Below are positions 61,903-64,000 of a stretch of 64,000 nt of DNA, piece after piece; positions within the stretch are counted from its first letter, which is position 1; the number at the start of each line of letters is the position of its first letter. Source of the stretch: an uncultured Erysipelotrichaceae bacterium (GTDB lineage: Bacteria; Bacillota_I; Bacilli_A; RFN20; CAG-826); the NCBI GenBank assembly GCA_902777015.1, contig CACYSA010000013.1, positions 229-64,228 on the forward strand. Direction: 5' to 3'. Both the position numbers and the translations under genes were made by a program. The notes under the pieces are model-generated. The model ran no database searches, had not been told where the DNA came from, and worked only from the letters and a program-made list of their open reading frames with translations.

Positions 61903-63216
61903 ATGAAAACAAAAATTATTAAATTCTTATTCTTAAGTTTAGCATCAGTCTCTTTAGCAGCTTGTTCAAATAGTGCGGGAGGATACTATTATAAACCAGC
62001 AGGCGACGGTGGAGGTGATTATGCAGGCTTTACACCTGGCGTCAAACCAACACCAGAAGGAAGTGAAGCCTACATGGGTGATATGAGCGTTCCTGCCGCT
62101 ACTTCCGCTGGTTCTGCAGATGCCTCAAAAGAAGATGGTGACACTTCTACTGGTAAAACAAGTAGATATGTCTTACCTGCAGGTCAATTAACATGTTCCG
62201 CTCTTGACGATAATAAATATTATGATTATTGGAAAGAAATCACTGATAGAGGACAAGATGGTGATGGCCCATTATATGATTATAAAAAAATAGTGGGAGC
62301 TAATTTCAATTCTTATCACCGCGTTAAATTAACAGTTAATAACGCTAACGATGTCTATGTCACATTAAAAGAAGATAATAAGACATTCCATGTTGATAAT
62401 TTCCATAATGCCTATCTATTCGCTAAAGAAGATAAAGAATCATATGCCGTTGATATCTCTTATATCGATAAGAACGGTCAAAGACAACTCGTCACTAAAG
62501 ATGTCAAAGATAATGATGCTATTGATTTAGAAAACGAATACACCACTGCGACTAACTTAGAAATCATGTTTGTCATCGACGCGACTGGTAGTATGGGTGA
62601 TGAAATGCGTTATATCAAAACTGAAATTAACGATGTTATTAGCAAAGTTAAATCCGATAACCCAACATCTAAAGTTTCATTAGCGATGATGGTATATCGT
62701 GATGTCAAAGATGAATATGTGACACGTTATAGTGATTTCACAGAAGATATCGCTTCTCAACAAGCTTTCTTAGCAAAACAACAAGCCTCTGGTGGCGGTG
62801 ACTTCGAGGAAGCCGTTGAAACCGCGCTTGATGAAGCCGTTAATAAACAGTGGTCTTCAAAAGGCACAAAATTAATCTTCCATGTCGCAGACGCACCAGC
62901 CCACGATAGCGATTTAGCTAAATGGTCTAAAGCCGTTGATACCGCTGCTGAAAAAGGTATTCAAATTATGACAGTATCTGGCAGCGGCATTGATAAAAAG
63001 ACAGAATTCTATTTCCGTTCTCAATCTCTTATCACCGGTGGACAATATGTCTACTTAACTGATGATTCCGGTATTGGTTATTCGCATGAAAAACCAACAG
63101 TTAAAGAAAAATTAACTGTCGAATTATTAAATGAATGCTTAATTAGATTAATTAATGGCTATCATAAAGGTGAATTAGAAGAACCTGTTCCATACAATAG
63201 TTCATACAATCAATAA
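61903..63216 (+). CDS. von Willebrand factor A (VWA) domain lipoprotein
   Basis: ATG 61903 is preceded by AGGAGG; the track start 61882 contains the SD. Lipobox LAAC. MIDAS-like FVIDATGSMGDE, and later GGGDFEEAV, HVADAP. Confidence 0.75.
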   Translation: MKTKIIKFLFLSLASVSLAACSNSAGGYYYKPAGDGGGDYAGFTPGVKPTPEGSEAYMGDMSVPAATSAGSADASKEDGDTSTGKTSRYVLPAGQLTCSALDDNKYYDYWKEITDRGQDGDGPLYDYKKIVGANFNSYHRVKLTVNNANDVYVTLKEDNKTFHVDNFHNAYLFAKEDKESYAVDISYIDKNGQRQLVTKDVKDNDAIDLENEYTTATNLEIMFVIDATGSMGDEMRYIKTEINDVISKVKSDNPTSKVSLAMMVYRDVKDEYVTRYSDFTEDIASQQAFLAKQQASGGGDFEEAVETALDEAVNKQWSSKGTKLIFHVADAPAHDSDLAKWSKAVDTAAEKGIQIMTVSGSGIDKKTEFYFRSQSLITGGQYVYLTDDSGIGYSHEKPTVKEKLTVELLNECLIRLINGYHKGELEEPVPYNSSYNQ

Positions 63217-63227
63217 GCAATTATAAA

Positions 63228-63259
63228 AGGTCCTGGTAATTAATAACCAAGACCTTTTT
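63228..63259. terminator. Bidirectional terminator hairpin
   Basis: AGGTCCTGG-N9-CCAAGACCT (one mismatch) followed by TTTTT. The complement is followed by TTTTAT. Confidence 0.6.
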
Positions 63260-63276
63260 CAATTATTTTTTATTCC

Positions 63277-63513
63277 TTATTTTCTATTATCGTAAACTAA
63301 AGAGCGTTTTTTACCTTTAATTTCTACGATCATGAAATAAGGATCTTTTTTATCTTCTGAATATTTACTACGATATTGTTCTGTACTAGAAATTTGACCC
63401 ATGATTTGGTTGCCATATTCAAGGGCTTCAGAGCCTGTTTTAAAAGTATCATCAATATCTTCGATATGACCATCTGGATAAACAAAAATTACTCTATAAT
63501 ATTTTTCCGCCAT
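63277..63513 (-). CDS. Small hypothetical protein
   Basis: 78 aa, good SD AGGAG, no recognisable motif. Confidence 0.5.
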   Translation of the reverse strand: MAEKYYRVIFVYPDGHIEDIDDTFKTGSEALEYGNQIMGQISSTEQYRSKYSEDKKDPYFMIVEIKGKKRSLVYDNRK

Positions 63514-63575
63514 AAGAATCTCCTAATGTTTTGCTATCACTACTATACCAAATGCTTTGATTAAAAGAAAACCTC

Positions 63576-64000
63576 TTATTTTATAAAGTGTGTATATTTG
63601 GTTTCTTCTTTTTCTGGTAAACCATACTTCTCTTTAGCGTCCTTAATCGCCTTCATTAAGAAAATCATATTACGGGCTACCACTCTTGCATTTTGAAGTC
63701 CTTCTTCATCTTGTTCTATTTGGCCTTGTTCTCTACCAAAGCCGTTATTCCAATATCTACCAGAGGCCACTGGCATTTGATTGATGGTGAAATATTTATT
63801 TAATTCATCAAATGTCGCGGTTGTTCCTGCGCGTCTAGCAACAGCGAATGCTGCACCGACTTTAAAACGTTTATCGAAGTGTGAACTATAAAATAATCTA
63901 TCCAATATAGAGATAATAGAACCATTCGCTGAACCATAATAAACAGGAGAGACAATAACTAATCCATCTGAAGCTTCTAATCTTTTCGCTAAATCATTAA
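63576..64000 (-). CDS. Flavodoxin-like fold NAD(P)H-dependent oxidoreductase; N-terminus lies beyond the window edge
   Basis: The frame stays open upstream of the track's Met to position 64000 (...LAKRLEASDGLVIVSPVYYGSANGSIISILDRLFYSS...). The motifs SPVYYGS and VARRAGTTATFDELNKYF are typical of NADPH-dependent FMN reductase / iron-sulfur flavoprotein-like proteins. Confidence 0.65.
   Translation of the reverse strand, partial: NDLAKRLEASDGLVIVSPVYYGSANGSIISILDRLFYSSHFDKRFKVGAAFAVARRAGTTATFDELNKYFTINQMPVASGRYWNNGFGREQGQIEQDEEGLQNARVVARNMIFLMKAIKDAKEKYGLPEKEETKYTHFIK

Noticed and set aside
1-64000. Alternative genetic code (UGA = Trp) as in Mycoplasma/Spiroplasma
   Set aside because: All long genes are intact under the standard code, and Trp is encoded by TGG in conserved motifs. 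Nothing needs UGA recoding.
1-64000. CRISPR arrays, tRNA/rRNA genes, IS elements, integrases and prophage blocks
   Set aside because: I saw no short interspaced direct-repeat array, no GC-rich cloverleaf-sized segments in the intergenic regions, and no transposase, integrase or terminal inverted repeats. The only phage-like feature is the domain content of the collagen-like lipoprotein.

Overview
This is an AT-rich chromosome segment read with the standard genetic code (long ORFs stay intact with TGA as stop). I support about 50 protein genes and found no rRNA, tRNA, CRISPR array, IS element or transposase.

The host looks like a low-GC Firmicute or Mollicute-like organism (Acholeplasma/Erysipelotrichia-like). 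This is inference, based on three things: many surface proteins anchored by a lipobox Cys, no LPXTG motifs, and Mollicute-style expanded Opp subunits.

- **1-24 kb:** mixed housekeeping and carbohydrate genes. They include an edge-truncated GH43 gene missing from the ORF track, pepT, a GPH-type transporter next to a glycerophosphodiesterase, an FGGY kinase, a Gfo/Idh/MocA oxidoreductase, malQ and bioY. There is also a translationally coupled SWIM-protein + SWIM-SNF2 ATPase pair, and a PPTase-licD-tarI-tarJ(-like) CDP-ribitol module.
- **24-34 kb:** envelope and signalling genes. These are MscS, an 809-aa repeat ectoprotein, a GPH transporter with a long K/A/E-rich tail, a degenerate-GGDEF/EAL protein co-transcribed with a DUF1295 membrane enzyme, and a membrane-anchored type-B carboxylesterase.
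- **34-63 kb:** the most interesting part, a dense island for surface proteolysis and peptide uptake.
  - One minus-strand gene string runs S8 subtilase lipoprotein -> OppA-like lipoprotein -> unknown lipoprotein -> oppB-oppC-oppD-oppF -> esterase.
  - It is followed by an M13 metallopeptidase lipoprotein fused to B-repeat-like modules, a collagen-like (GXY) lipoprotein with phage-tail-fibre-like repeats, a clostripain-type (C11) lipoprotein and a VWA lipoprotein.

Notable anomalies:
- oppD carries an out-of-frame internal deletion that removes the Walker B/D-loop.
- The tarJ-like gene lacks the N-terminal ~30 residues of its fold.
- An orphan promoter + intrinsic terminator (candidate sRNA or leader) sits upstream of the collagen-like gene.
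- Several genes have TATAAT placed 6 nt before the ATG, which suggests leaderless mRNAs.
- An undescribed small module with an AG[WF] signature recurs in two of the lipoproteins.

All domain assignments rest on motif recognition by eye, not on database searches.
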